64,000 nucleotides of DNA, from positions 32,001 through 96,000 of the IMG/VR virus record IMGVR_UViG_3300045988_023742; one strand, given 5' to 3'. The first letter of the stretch is position 1. Each line of letters opens with the position of its first letter. This document shows positions 29,834 to 38,372 of this stretch, one piece after another. The notes beneath the pieces are model-generated. The model was not told the origin of the DNA and did not search any database. It saw only the letters and a list, made by a program, of their open reading frames with translations. A program made the position numbers and the translations under genes. This DNA is from a virus.

Positions 29834-30781
29834 CTATGCAAATGGGTCAGTTGCATCCTCTGAAGGACCATCAAATGGCATATCACCTGATGGTGCAGCC
29901 TCAGGAGCAGCAGAGAAGTTAGTAGGAGTTACAGAATACTCATGAACTGTCTCAGCAGAATACTCTGTATTAAGTACCTTATTGTTCTCAGCAGCATAAG
30001 ATGCATCTGCCTGCAACATCTTGTCAAGGCTGTTATAGTTTGTAGAGGCATTGCTCATAAACTTCTTAGTATATACAGACTGGAACAACTTACCAGAGTT
30101 TGCATCTGTTCTTACACCAAGACAAACCTTTACCTTATTATTAGGCTGGAATCCAAGAATCTCCTTAATCTCTGAGAAATCACCCTTGAAGAGCTTCTCA
30201 AATGATTCTATTTCAAGCCTACACTCACAATCCTCAGGATTAACATCATTGTCAGGAACCATGCACTTTTCATCATTGTCCCACTTTGTAATATTAGGAA
30301 TACACAGGAATGCTTTGATGAAAGCAGTGAGGTCTTCCTCACCAACAAAGGCAATTCTATAATCATTGCTAATGTCAGCCTTCTTACCATTGCTGTATGT
30401 AGGAATCTCCTTGGCAGAAATCTCTGCTCCTGTTGCCCAAGCAAATCTACCATACTTATCTACCACCTGATACTTACCAGACTTAGCACCAAACTGCTTC
30501 TGATTGGTAACAAAGAGAGGCATAGTTACAAGAGGCATCTCAAAGCCAATCTTCTTCACATCAGGCTGCATTACTATACTGATTCTTACATTCTTATAGG
30601 AGTTGCCCTCAGCATCCTCTTTATCCTGTACATAAATAGGAGCTTCCTCCAAGGTAGTGTTAAAGAGCTTCTCATGCTCTGTCTTGTTAGGATTTACTGC
30701 CTTAACAAACACTGGACAAACACCAATGTATCTCTTAAACTCCTGAGCCTCCTTTGAGGCATTTCCTTTACTAATTGCCAT
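29834..30781 (-). CDS. Probable single-stranded DNA-binding protein
   Basis: Position between primase and recombinase-like ATPase. The flexible acidic C-terminal tail ends in DMPFDGPSEDATDPFA, which resembles the SSB acidic tip. Confidence 0.5.
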   Translation of the reverse strand: MAISKGNASKEAQEFKRYIGVCPVFVKAVNPNKTEHEKLFNTTLEEAPIYVQDKEDAEGNSYKNVRISIVMQPDVKKIGFEMPLVTMPLFVTNQKQFGAKSGKYQVVDKYGRFAWATGAEISAKEIPTYSNGKKADISNDYRIAFVGEEDLTAFIKAFLCIPNITKWDNDEKCMVPDNDVNPEDCECRLEIESFEKLFKGDFSEIKEILGFQPNNKVKVCLGVRTDANSGKLFQSVYTKKFMSNASTNYNSLDKMLQADASYAAENNKVLNTEYSAETVHEYSVTPTNFSAAPEAAPSGDMPFDGPSEDATDPFA

Positions 30782-30809
30782 AATTTATATTCTATTTAGT
30801 TGTTTATTA

Positions 30810-31208
30810 TTAGAGTGTTTCTGCTACTTCTGTTGCCTTCTCACTTGTCTCCTCATCATTTGCTATAGTCTCCTCAGTGTCAACAGGAGCTTCTTCCTCA
30901 GTTACAGGAGGAACAATAGTGTCAGGATAAATAAACTCAAATGTGACCTTCTTGATGATGTTACCATTCTTATCTACCTGGTCAGTAGGAGTCACTACTT
31001 TCTTGATAATGTCCTCTGTATGATAACCAGTCATAGCTACAGTAGGAGCATCAGTAAGTTCAATCTGCTGATTAATAACTGCTAATTCCTCCTCAATCTT
31101 AGCCTTTTTCTCTTCCAACTTGTTCTTCTGCTTGAGAAAACCCTCAACATTCTGAGCTGTTCTCTTCATTCTTGCCAGCTCAAACTTTGTAAATTCTTTC
31201 TTTGCCAT
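30810..31208 (-). CDS. Hypothetical coiled-coil protein
   Basis: 132-aa ORF with an acidic C-terminus. Confidence 0.55.
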   Translation of the reverse strand: MAKKEFTKFELARMKRTAQNVEGFLKQKNKLEEKKAKIEEELAVINQQIELTDAPTVAMTGYHTEDIIKKVVTPTDQVDKNGNIIKKVTFEFIYPDTIVPPVTEEEAPVDTEETIANDEETSEKATEVAETL

Positions 31209-31220
31209 TGTTTATAATGA

Positions 31221-32027
31221 TTAATTATTAATAAATACTTTTGAAGCATCAAACTTTACTTCATTATTCTCATTAGATTCTGCTACTAAAATCTTTTTAC
31301 CTCTAAGATGTGGACATCTAGCCTCTCTTATTGTATTATCTCCTCCTTCAAAAGATATATAGGTCTTATTTCCATCTCTATAGATTAATCCTATTGCATC
31401 TGCTTCTCCACAGATAATGTCTGCTGCTTTACCAGCTAAATCCACTGACATTTCAGACATTTCTTGAGAATCTTTTCTAATCTGTTTATCTTTTACATGA
31501 GTAACTAGGATTAAAGTCTCACAGAGTGGTTTAAACATATCTATCATTTGTCTGATAGCTTTCCTTAAGTAGAGATAACCACTACCATTAGGTAGAAGCC
31601 TAACATCAGCTTTAGGGTCTATTACAGGTTGACCTGTCTTAGGGTCTTTATAAAGCATACCTTTATTATCCTTTAGATAACCCCAACCAGCTCCCATAGG
31701 AGTATTTCTATAAAGCTCTGCTGCATAGGGAATACTCATTTCTTCAAGTCTAGTAGCATTATCAATAGTTATGAACCTATAAGGAGCTTTGTGTAGTTCT
31801 TTACCTTTAGCTATAATAGCAGATTTAATTTCCTGCAAGTCTTTCATTGACCTAGCTTGTACTTTCATTACAGACAATGCTCTATATCCATCCTCTAAGT
31901 CAATAATAAGATTATCATCAATAGCTGCTATAAATGAGCTTTTTCCTTGTTTTGGTCTACCCATTATAATGAGTAGTTTAGGATTGTAGTTATCTACTAC
32001 ACTCCTTTCTGTTGGTAATTGAATCAT
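31221..32027 (-). CDS. RecA-fold / AAA ATPase (Sak4-like candidate)
   Basis: Walker A GRPKQGKSS and Walker B-like ILVTHV. 268 aa. Confidence 0.6.
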   Translation of the reverse strand: MIQLPTERSVVDNYNPKLLIIMGRPKQGKSSFIAAIDDNLIIDLEDGYRALSVMKVQARSMKDLQEIKSAIIAKGKELHKAPYRFITIDNATRLEEMSIPYAAELYRNTPMGAGWGYLKDNKGMLYKDPKTGQPVIDPKADVRLLPNGSGYLYLRKAIRQMIDMFKPLCETLILVTHVKDKQIRKDSQEMSEMSVDLAGKAADIICGEADAIGLIYRDGNKTYISFEGGDNTIREARCPHLRGKKILVAESNENNEVKFDASKVFINN

Positions 32028-33201
32028 TGTGTATAAATTTATTTATTCTTGTGAACATAAAAGCTAACAATGTCACCTTAGACATCTTTGCCTTCTTCTT
32101 TCTTTCTAGTACTTCATATACCCTCTGCATACCTGCATAATCATCTGGCTTAGGCAGCTCTTTGAAGAAAGAAACTGCACCATCAAAGTATAGAGGACAT
32201 ATGTTGCCATTAGCTCCATAGTCTCTATCTTCAATGACTTCCATAAACCTAATATGATTTCTAAACTTGGTAATATCATACTTCTCATACTCAGTAAGAC
32301 CATATTTGAAAGGACTATAGAGTCCTATTACCATATTAGCATCTCTAGTGGTAGTCTTACAATCTGCAAGACCATCAGAAGACGGTTTAATCCTATTGAG
32401 TTTGAAGTTTTCAATACCTTCTTGAGCTTGAGCTTGATGCTGAATACATACAATAGTGAAGTTAAGCTGGTCTCTAAGAGTAATAAAGTACTTTGACATC
32501 TTTTCTACAGTCTCCATTTTCTTCATTCCACTCTCAGTAGACAAGTTAGAAGTATTATCAAGTATTGCTATTCTATATTCTTCAGAATCATCAGCAGTAT
32601 AGGGATTAACTGGGTCTACAATCTTCCTCTTAGATGTAGTACCATCAAGTTCCTTAACATCTACTTCTTTAAAGTTAAGATGACCATGACTCAAAGCATA
32701 GTCTCTACACTTTTTATTGATACCTGTAGGATTCTTCTCACTATCAATATATTCTACCATCTCTTCAAACTTCTTGATATATCTTTGATACCTTTCAGAA
32801 TCAAGCTTATCAAGTATTTCTTGAGGTACAGGATGGTCTTTGTCTGTACTTTCCAGTTCTGTTGGGGATATTTCTATCCTATCTAATCTATAAAGTAAAT
32901 GACATAGAAACTCAGTATACTTCTTTCTTGGACTCTCCTCAAGACAGAAATAAAGTATCTTTACTCTTACTTCAGGATGCTCTATTATAAAGAATAAAGT
33001 TTCATAGACATAAACAAAATCACAGAACTTAGTCTTTCCTACCTTTTGATTGGCAGTGCATATTATATACTTTCCCATTTGAGTTCCAGGTAAGAATACT
33101 TTAAACCTAGGAAATGGAAATGGTATACAATTATATAAGCCACTTAAAGCTCTTTGCCTTTTGTTCAATAGGAAGGACTTAACACTATCATAGTAACTCA
33201 T
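31990..33201 (-). CDS. DnaB-like replicative helicase
   Basis: Walker A NQKVGKT, Walker B IAILDNTS, and IQHQAQ. I prefer the start MSYYD at 33201 (ATGA overlap with the upstream stop). The alternative start is 33219. Confidence 0.7.
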   Translation of the reverse strand: MSYYDSVKSFLLNKRQRALSGLYNCIPFPFPRFKVFLPGTQMGKYIICTANQKVGKTKFCDFVYVYETLFFIIEHPEVRVKILYFCLEESPRKKYTEFLCHLLYRLDRIEISPTELESTDKDHPVPQEILDKLDSERYQRYIKKFEEMVEYIDSEKNPTGINKKCRDYALSHGHLNFKEVDVKELDGTTSKRKIVDPVNPYTADDSEEYRIAILDNTSNLSTESGMKKMETVEKMSKYFITLRDQLNFTIVCIQHQAQAQEGIENFKLNRIKPSSDGLADCKTTTRDANMVIGLYSPFKYGLTEYEKYDITKFRNHIRFMEVIEDRDYGANGNICPLYFDGAVSFFKELPKPDDYAGMQRVYEVLERKKKAKMSKVTLLAFMFTRINKFIHNDSITNRKECSR

Positions 33202-33803
33202 ACCATTGTAGACATCCAATCATCCTTTAAATTCTTCTCATCCTTAGCATTTTCAATAAATGCAGCAAGGTCTGAGACTTCTTCAATGTAACCTTCTCCC
33301 TCAGAATTAACTTTCCTTGTATCTTTCCAAATAAAGTACTTCAACACTCTCATGTACTGATACTTTCCATTATGAGAACTAACATAATTTTTAGCAGCTT
33401 CAATCATCTGCTCATCAGTATATTTATCCCCATAAAGTTTAAAGAATTTAGCCAATCTAAGGGTATTATCTCGTAAATTACCTTTCCAATATTGACTTGT
33501 ACCTTCCTTCTTTCCAGCAGGAAAAACTTCCATTAGAGATTTTGCAAGGTTCTCAAGTCTTTTATTATCAGGTACTGATTTATCAGCAGATAGGAGTGCC
33601 TTATCAGAAAGGTCACTCCATCTCTGGGTTACTAGAAGATTTGTTCCTAAAAGAGTGTGCTCTTCAACAAGTATCTGCTTCTCTTTCATTTGCTTTAACA
33701 GAGTCTCTATGTTTACTCCAGTTTTAACCAAAGTAATCATTAAGACTTCTGGAAGAGAAAGTTTTACCTTTTTACAAGCATCCTCATCTATAGTTATCTT
33801 CAT
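33198..33803 (-). CDS. Hypothetical protein
   Basis: 201-aa ORF between two helicase genes. Confidence 0.6.
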   Translation of the reverse strand: MKITIDEDACKKVKLSLPEVLMITLVKTGVNIETLLKQMKEKQILVEEHTLLGTNLLVTQRWSDLSDKALLSADKSVPDNKRLENLAKSLMEVFPAGKKEGTSQYWKGNLRDNTLRLAKFFKLYGDKYTDEQMIEAAKNYVSSHNGKYQYMRVLKYFIWKDTRKVNSEGEGYIEEVSDLAAFIENAKDEKNLKDDWMSTMV

Positions 33804-34975
33804 ATCTTAATCTCTTTGTAATCATTAATTACAGTAACAAGCTTAGGATTATAATTCTCAAGCATCTTATTAGCCAACTCTTCATCTCTTGTACCTACAA
33901 AATAAGGAACAATAAGAACAGGGTTCTCATGCCTAAGTAATCTACCCATCCTTTGCTTCACAATAGTGTCAGAGCTATTCAAGTTAGCATAAATACCAAC
34001 TTGACAATTTACAAGATTCATTCCTTCGTTGAGCATATTACAAGCAGTAATATGGTCTATCTTACCTTTATTAAAGGCTTCAAGATATTCCACAGACTTC
34101 TTATTCTTGCTGTTAATACAGTATTCTCCAAGCATCTCTGTCTGCTCAATACTGTTACAGAATATTAATGTTCTATGCTCACTAAGGTGTAACAAGATTT
34201 GTTGTACATAAGGAGTCTTCTTATCACTTAACCACTTCAATCTGTCACCACATAATCTAAGCCATTTGTTCTTAGCTATTTCACTTCTTGACCTTAAATA
34301 CCTTTTCTTCCAGTACTCAATCTGATTATCCAAGTCAGTAATATATTGCTTCTGAGTACAATAAATCTTAACTGGATTAGTCTTTTGTTTCATATAGCCC
34401 CACCTCATAGCCCAAGAAGATTCTATTAATCTTCCTTTGGCTTTAGGATTCTTCCAAATAACTTCTGTTGGTAAGTCAGCCCTAAGATTTAATGGTAACA
34501 TATATACTATTGGGTCTGGTAGAATATCATCATCTATCACATCCCTCAAGTCTTTCTTATATGATGTTAAATCATCAAATACTTCAATTAGTTCATCCTT
34601 GAGTTTATTACTTACTGTTGCTGACAAAAGTACACTATGCTTAATGTCAAAGTAACATAAAGCTTCTCTGCATCTTTCTGATAAGTGATGACACTCGTCA
34701 AATATAGCACAATCATACTTTCCTGCATATTTAGGAAGAGAAACATAAGTAGTCATAGTAATCTCCATATTACAGTTTGACCACCACTTCTTAATTTCAT
34801 CAGCCCAATTCTGCTTATGAACATTTCTATTCACTACAAGCAACAGAGTCTTACCTCCCAATGATTTAACTTTTTCTAGAGCTAATCTAGACTTTCCTGT
34901 ACCAGTGGCTAATTCAAGTAGCCAATTATTTCCTTCAAGCGAAAGAATCTCTTTCAGTATGTCCTCTCTTGTCAT
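33800..34975 (-). CDS. Superfamily 2 DEAD/DEAH-box helicase
   Basis: Motif I ATGTGKS, motif II FDECHH, motif VI QRMGRLLR. Confidence 0.8.
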   Translation of the reverse strand: MTREDILKEILSLEGNNWLLELATGTGKSRLALEKVKSLGGKTLLLVVNRNVHKQNWADEIKKWWSNCNMEITMTTYVSLPKYAGKYDCAIFDECHHLSERCREALCYFDIKHSVLLSATVSNKLKDELIEVFDDLTSYKKDLRDVIDDDILPDPIVYMLPLNLRADLPTEVIWKNPKAKGRLIESSWAMRWGYMKQKTNPVKIYCTQKQYITDLDNQIEYWKKRYLRSRSEIAKNKWLRLCGDRLKWLSDKKTPYVQQILLHLSEHRTLIFCNSIEQTEMLGEYCINSKNKKSVEYLEAFNKGKIDHITACNMLNEGMNLVNCQVGIYANLNSSDTIVKQRMGRLLRHENPVLIVPYFVGTRDEELANKMLENYNPKLVTVINDYKEIKI

Positions 34976-34980
34976 ATTTT

Positions 34981-35481
34981 CTATTTTTTTACAATTTCTT
35001 TTAATAATCTTGTATAACTCTTTCCTTCTGCATAGTTTATCTCTTCAAGAAAAGCATAGTAATTATTCGGAGGTTGATATTTCTTTTGAATCCACTCCTT
35101 ATAAGCTACAACACTTTCAGTCCAATGCTTGAACTTACAATATCTCTTTTCTTTACTATTATAAAGACCAAAGAGATTATTGTATTTCAAACATACCTTA
35201 GACTTGAAATGTCCTGTTTCAAGAACAGCTTGAGCATAGACAATATCTTTATGCTCTAAACCATAATAAGACAAAGCCTCCTCCAGACCCTCCTTAGGGG
35301 TCTGAGAGAAGAACTTTGGTTGCTCATTAATAATGGTATCAGCTACCTCTATTACAGGGACAGTTTCAACCTTTGGCTGTTGAGAAACTATACTCTTAAC
35401 TTGCAAGAGTAATGCAATTACTACACTCCACGGCACTACTGTAGCTGCTACAATGAGTGCTTTCAACCATTTATTTCTCAT
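34981..35481 (-). CDS. Signal-anchored N-acetylglucosaminidase-type endolysin
   Basis: N-terminal TM helix. YAQAVLETGHFKS...KYNNLFGL matches the glucosaminidase (FlgJ-type) domain core. Confidence 0.65.
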   Translation of the reverse strand: MRNKWLKALIVAATVVPWSVVIALLLQVKSIVSQQPKVETVPVIEVADTIINEQPKFFSQTPKEGLEEALSYYGLEHKDIVYAQAVLETGHFKSKVCLKYNNLFGLYNSKEKRYCKFKHWTESVVAYKEWIQKKYQPPNNYYAFLEEINYAEGKSYTRLLKEIVKK

Positions 35482-35783
35482 ATCTTTCTTGAAAAGAATT
35501 TATCCTTGAATCTCCAATATGTGTACCAATCATTACTATACAATCCATTAGGGTATGAGTAGTATTTTAACCATATAGCCCAAAATCCAATGACCTCTAT
35601 TATATTAACAAATGGTATAATACAAGTAATCAGCATGATAAGTGCTATCCACAATGGAATACCTATCTTTTCAGCTTTTTCCCAATCAAAGTGGAAGTCA
35701 CCTTTTATTGTGATTGTATAAGTATGTTTTAGTACATATATCTGGATTATGAAGGATATTAAACCAATTATAGCCCAAGTCAT
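35478..35783 (-). CDS. Multi-pass membrane protein (holin candidate)
   Basis: 101 aa with 2-3 hydrophobic helices, directly upstream of the endolysin. Confidence 0.45.
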   Translation of the reverse strand: MTWAIIGLISFIIQIYVLKHTYTITIKGDFHFDWEKAEKIGIPLWIALIMLITCIIPFVNIIEVIGFWAIWLKYYSYPNGLYSNDWYTYWRFKDKFFSRKI

Positions 35784-35785
35784 AG

Positions 35786-36571
35786 TTACTCAATGCCTTT
35801 AAACAATGTAGGCAAACTACCATATATAGGAAGCTTACCATCCCATTTATCAATCCACTGCTGCTTAAGAATCATAGGAGTCAAAGCCTGTGTTCTAAGT
35901 CTATTAGCTTCTGCTTCAGCCTGTGCTGCAACTACCTTTTTCTCTGCCTCTGCCTTTACTACAGCTAACTCATTCTGAGCCTTTTGTGCCTTTTGAATCG
36001 CAGCATTTTTGGCATTAACTGCATCAACAATAGACTGAGGATACTTCAATCCTGAAGTAAGTTGTTCTAGCTGAAAATTCTCCTTGAGCAATGCTTTAGA
36101 CAGATGTGCTTCAATAGCCTTCTCTACCATATCTCTGTTTGATACAATCTCATCAGTAGTATACTTATTGAGCTGGATTCTAAAGGCATCTTTTACATAG
36201 TTAAAGAGAGTTCCATTGATTACATCTTTCAGTTCCTTCCTATACTTCTTGAATACCTGAGGTGACTTACCATCAGCAATCTTCAATGAAATAGTAGGGT
36301 CAATACTAAACTCTGAACCATCCTTTGCATTAATTGTGAAAGCAGGATAGTCTACTGTCTGGACATAAGTAGGATACTCATAAACCTGCTCAGTGAATGG
36401 ATTATACCACACTGCACCAGTAACCAAAGATACATCATCTACACCCTTGTCAGAGCCATAGAGATTCACTTTAATACCTTCACAACCTGCATCTACTCTC
36501 TCATAACCACATGAGGACATTCCCAACATGGTAAATACTGCCATAAGGCACATAATTACTTTACTCTTCAT
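35786..36571 (-). CDS. SPFH/band-7 (prohibitin-like) lipoprotein
   Basis: Lipoprotein signal MLGMSSCGY. Ala/Glu-rich C-terminal coil AQKAQNELAVVKAEAEKKVVAAQAEAEANRLR, typical of SPFH domain proteins. Confidence 0.65.
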   Translation of the reverse strand: MKSKVIMCLMAVFTMLGMSSCGYERVDAGCEGIKVNLYGSDKGVDDVSLVTGAVWYNPFTEQVYEYPTYVQTVDYPAFTINAKDGSEFSIDPTISLKIADGKSPQVFKKYRKELKDVINGTLFNYVKDAFRIQLNKYTTDEIVSNRDMVEKAIEAHLSKALLKENFQLEQLTSGLKYPQSIVDAVNAKNAAIQKAQKAQNELAVVKAEAEKKVVAAQAEAEANRLRTQALTPMILKQQWIDKWDGKLPIYGSLPTLFKGIE

Positions 36572-36752
36572 TTTCTTTTGTTTTAATTAATTTAATTATT
36601 ACTTCTACACCTATCCATATAGCTACTATGAACAATACAATTCCTGCAATGTTAGCAGCTGTATTACTCATGGTGAGTAATTGAGTAACAGCATTTAGTG
36701 CTATGAATAAACACAGCACTAAACATACTACCTTGATAATGAATTTTCTCAT
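36561..36752 (-). CDS. Small membrane protein
   Basis: 63 aa with two hydrophobic helices. Confidence 0.5.
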   Translation of the reverse strand: MRKFIIKVVCLVLCLFIALNAVTQLLTMSNTAANIAGIVLFIVAIWIGVEVIIKLIKTKENEE

Positions 36753-36756
36753 ATTA

Positions 36757-36963
36757 TTAGTCCCAAAACCAAATATACCTAGCCACCATCTTCCTCATAG
36801 ATATATGACCTTCTAAAGTCTTCCAGAGTTTTTTGTGTCTAAAGTACTTAAACTTTGCTTTCTCCCTATTTTTACCACCTATTACCTTGTATCTATGCCA
36901 TGTTCCACGTTGATATTTACGAAGGTATTTGTGTGGTATTTTATACTTCTTTCCTTTACTCAT
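36757..36963 (-). CDS. Small highly basic protein
   Basis: 68-aa Lys/Arg-rich ORF. Confidence 0.4.
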   Translation of the reverse strand: MSKGKKYKIPHKYLRKYQRGTWHRYKVIGGKNREKAKFKYFRHKKLWKTLEGHISMRKMVARYIWFWD

Positions 36964-37151
36964 ATTGTAAATAGATGTATATAACTTCTTACCACTTCTG
37001 GCTTATTGATAAGATAGTTCCATTGGTGCTTGTTATACCATAGTAGAACCTTATACCTATTATCTACTACTATTATATCTATTGATGGCTCATAATGATT
37101 AAATAGGACCATCACGTATATTATGAGTATTACTATAATACATATCTTCAT
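36960..37151 (-). CDS. Small membrane protein
   Basis: 63 aa with an N-terminal TM helix. Confidence 0.4.
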   Translation of the reverse strand: MKICIIVILIIYVMVLFNHYEPSIDIIVVDNRYKVLLWYNKHQWNYLINKPEVVRSYIHLFTI

Positions 37152-37176
37152 AATTAAATTACTGTGTACAAAAAGA

Positions 37177-37210
37177 AGAGCTAAGTAGGATTTGTACCCT
37201 ACAAAGCTCT
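37177..37210 (-). terminator. Rho-independent terminator
   Basis: Nested stem AGAGCT..GTAGG-loop-CCTAC..AGCTCT followed by TCTTTTT on the minus strand. Confidence 0.55.
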
Positions 37211-37216
37211 ATTGGT

Positions 37217-37615
37217 TTAATCTCCAAGGATATTATAGCTAAAGCCTATAGCACCCATATCATGAGCAATGAGTTCACAATGCTTCTTGATTCTAGCATC
37301 TTCTGACATTGTGTCCCATACTCTGATAAGTTTGCCTTTAACCTTGGCAATAACCTTGTTGTACTTAGGACTTGTTGATTCTTCAAGCATAGCTTCATAA
37401 GCTTCTTGAGACATCTTCAATACCTGTTTTGCAGGCATTGACTTTCTTGTCCTAAATGTAATAACCTCAGGACCTTTGTCCTTCTTTGATTTGTAACTCT
37501 TAAAGAGCATCTTATGCTCTTCAGTTAACTCTTCTGGTTTGTTTTCAGCCACCTGCTGGCTTACCATAATACTTCCTGGAAGTACTAAGATAAGACTCAA
37601 TTTTGGTTCTATCAT
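37217..37615 (-). CDS. Hypothetical protein
   Basis: 132-aa ORF. The start is uncertain. Confidence 0.5.
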   Translation of the reverse strand: MIEPKLSLILVLPGSIMVSQQVAENKPEELTEEHKMLFKSYKSKKDKGPEVITFRTRKSMPAKQVLKMSQEAYEAMLEESTSPKYNKVIAKVKGKLIRVWDTMSEDARIKKHCELIAHDMGAIGFSYNILGD

Positions 37616-37618
37616 AAA

Positions 37619-37960
37619 TTAGTTGTAAATGTCATTGTCTGCACCCTTCTTCACCTTCTCCTTAAGGATTTCCTTTATAACTTCAAGGAACTTTGCCTTA
37701 GATATTGACTTTGCAGTATCCATAAGTGCCATAAACTCTTTTGGAGGCATAGCAATCATTACAGAGATGATAACAGTCGATACAAGAAGAGCACTCTTTC
37801 CAGAGAAGCCTTTAGTGAGGTTTACTACATCCTCAATCTTAACATTCTCTTCTTCGTACTGTTTCTTGTTCTCTTTATAAGCTGACTTAAATGCTTCAAG
37901 TACCTTCTTGATGTCTTCTTCATTGATGATAGACATCTGGTTTTTTTTGTTTGTTGCCAT
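37619..37960 (-). CDS. Hypothetical protein
   Basis: 113-aa ORF, the first gene downstream of the tRNA cluster. Confidence 0.55.
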   Translation of the reverse strand: MATNKKNQMSIINEEDIKKVLEAFKSAYKENKKQYEEENVKIEDVVNLTKGFSGKSALLVSTVIISVMIAMPPKEFMALMDTAKSISKAKFLEVIKEILKEKVKKGADNDIYN

Positions 37961-38010
37961 AATTTTGTTTATTAAAATTAATATGAAATTAATAAATGTT
38001 TTCTAAAAAT

Positions 38011-38122
38011 AGCTACTTAATTGATACATTTGAAGTGTATTGCATTAACCACTATGCTAATTATCCATTCAGAAGAATAATATAGGACTTGAACCTATGA
38101 AATAATAGTATTGTAAGTAGCT
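38011..38122 (-). tRNA. Circularly permuted tRNA gene, anticodon UCA (opal suppressor type)
   Basis: Minus strand order: stem half AGCTACT, TACAATACTATTATTTC, then the 3' half ATAGG-TTCAAGT-CCTAT-ATTATTC (38074-38098), an 8-nt linker, then the 5' half GGATAAT-TA-GCAT-AGTGGTTA-ATGC-A-ATACA-CTTCAAA-TGTAT-CAATT (38019-38066), A, and stem half AGTAGCT. The acceptor halves pair 7/7 (one G-U). Confidence 0.6.
38107..38122 (-). repeat. Stem+TACAAYAYT element, copy g
   Basis: Minus strand AGCTACT-TACAATACT. The partner AGTAGCT lies at 38011-38017, on the far side of the permuted tRNA. Confidence 0.7.
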
Positions 38123-38126
38123 GAAG

Positions 38127-38252
38127 TAAGGCAGAGAAGAATCGAACTTCTGTTACAGGTACTAAATTTTTATTAATATAAATTAGTATTGTAAGTATCA
38201 TTAGATACTAATATTATTATAACCTGTGTCCTGACCACTAGACGACTGCCTT
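38127..38252 (-). tRNA. Glu-family tRNA gene interrupted by a 61-nt segment between the anticodon-stem strands
   Basis: 5' part AAGGCAG-TC-GTCT-AGTGGTCA-GGAC-A-CAGGT (38222-38252). 3' part ACCTG-TAAC-AGAAG-TTCGATT-CTTCT-CTGCCTT-A (38127-38160). 61 nt lie between them (38161-38221) instead of a 7-nt loop, and they carry the conserved hairpin + TACAATACT element. Confidence 0.6.
38185..38209 (-). repeat. Stem+TACAAYAYT element, copy f (local hairpin)
   Basis: Minus strand AGTATC-TAAT-GATACT-TACAATACT, inside the interrupted Glu-family tRNA. Confidence 0.7.
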
Positions 38253-38272
38253 ATGAAATTGGCACTATTCTT

Positions 38273-38346
38273 TATGCACTGATGGGATTGAACCATCTCT
38301 GATTGTACCAAAAAACAATTGTCCTAACCAATTAGACTAAACGCAA
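38273..38346 (-). tRNA. tRNA-Gln(UUG)-like with an apparent 8-nt anticodon loop
   Basis: TTGCGTT-TA-GTCT-AATTGGTTA-GGAC-A-ATTGT-TTTTTGGT-ACAAT-CAGA-GATGG-TTCAATC-CCATC-AGTGCAT-A. Flanked by the covarying stem TTGGCACT / AGTGCCAA. Confidence 0.6.
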
Positions 38347-38351
38347 AATTT

Positions 38352-38368
38352 ACTATTGTAAGTGCCAA
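38352..38368 (-). repeat. Stem+TACAAYAYT element, copy e
   Basis: Minus strand TTGGCACT-TACAATAGT. The partner AGTGCCAA lies at 38259-38266, just 3' of the tRNA. Confidence 0.7.
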
Positions 38369-38372
38369 AAAG

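Noticed and set aside
38161-38221. The insertion in the tRNA could be a group I intron, as in some phage and bacterial tRNA genes.
   Set aside because: At 61 nt it is far too short for a group I or group II intron core, and no P3-P9-like pairings are evident.
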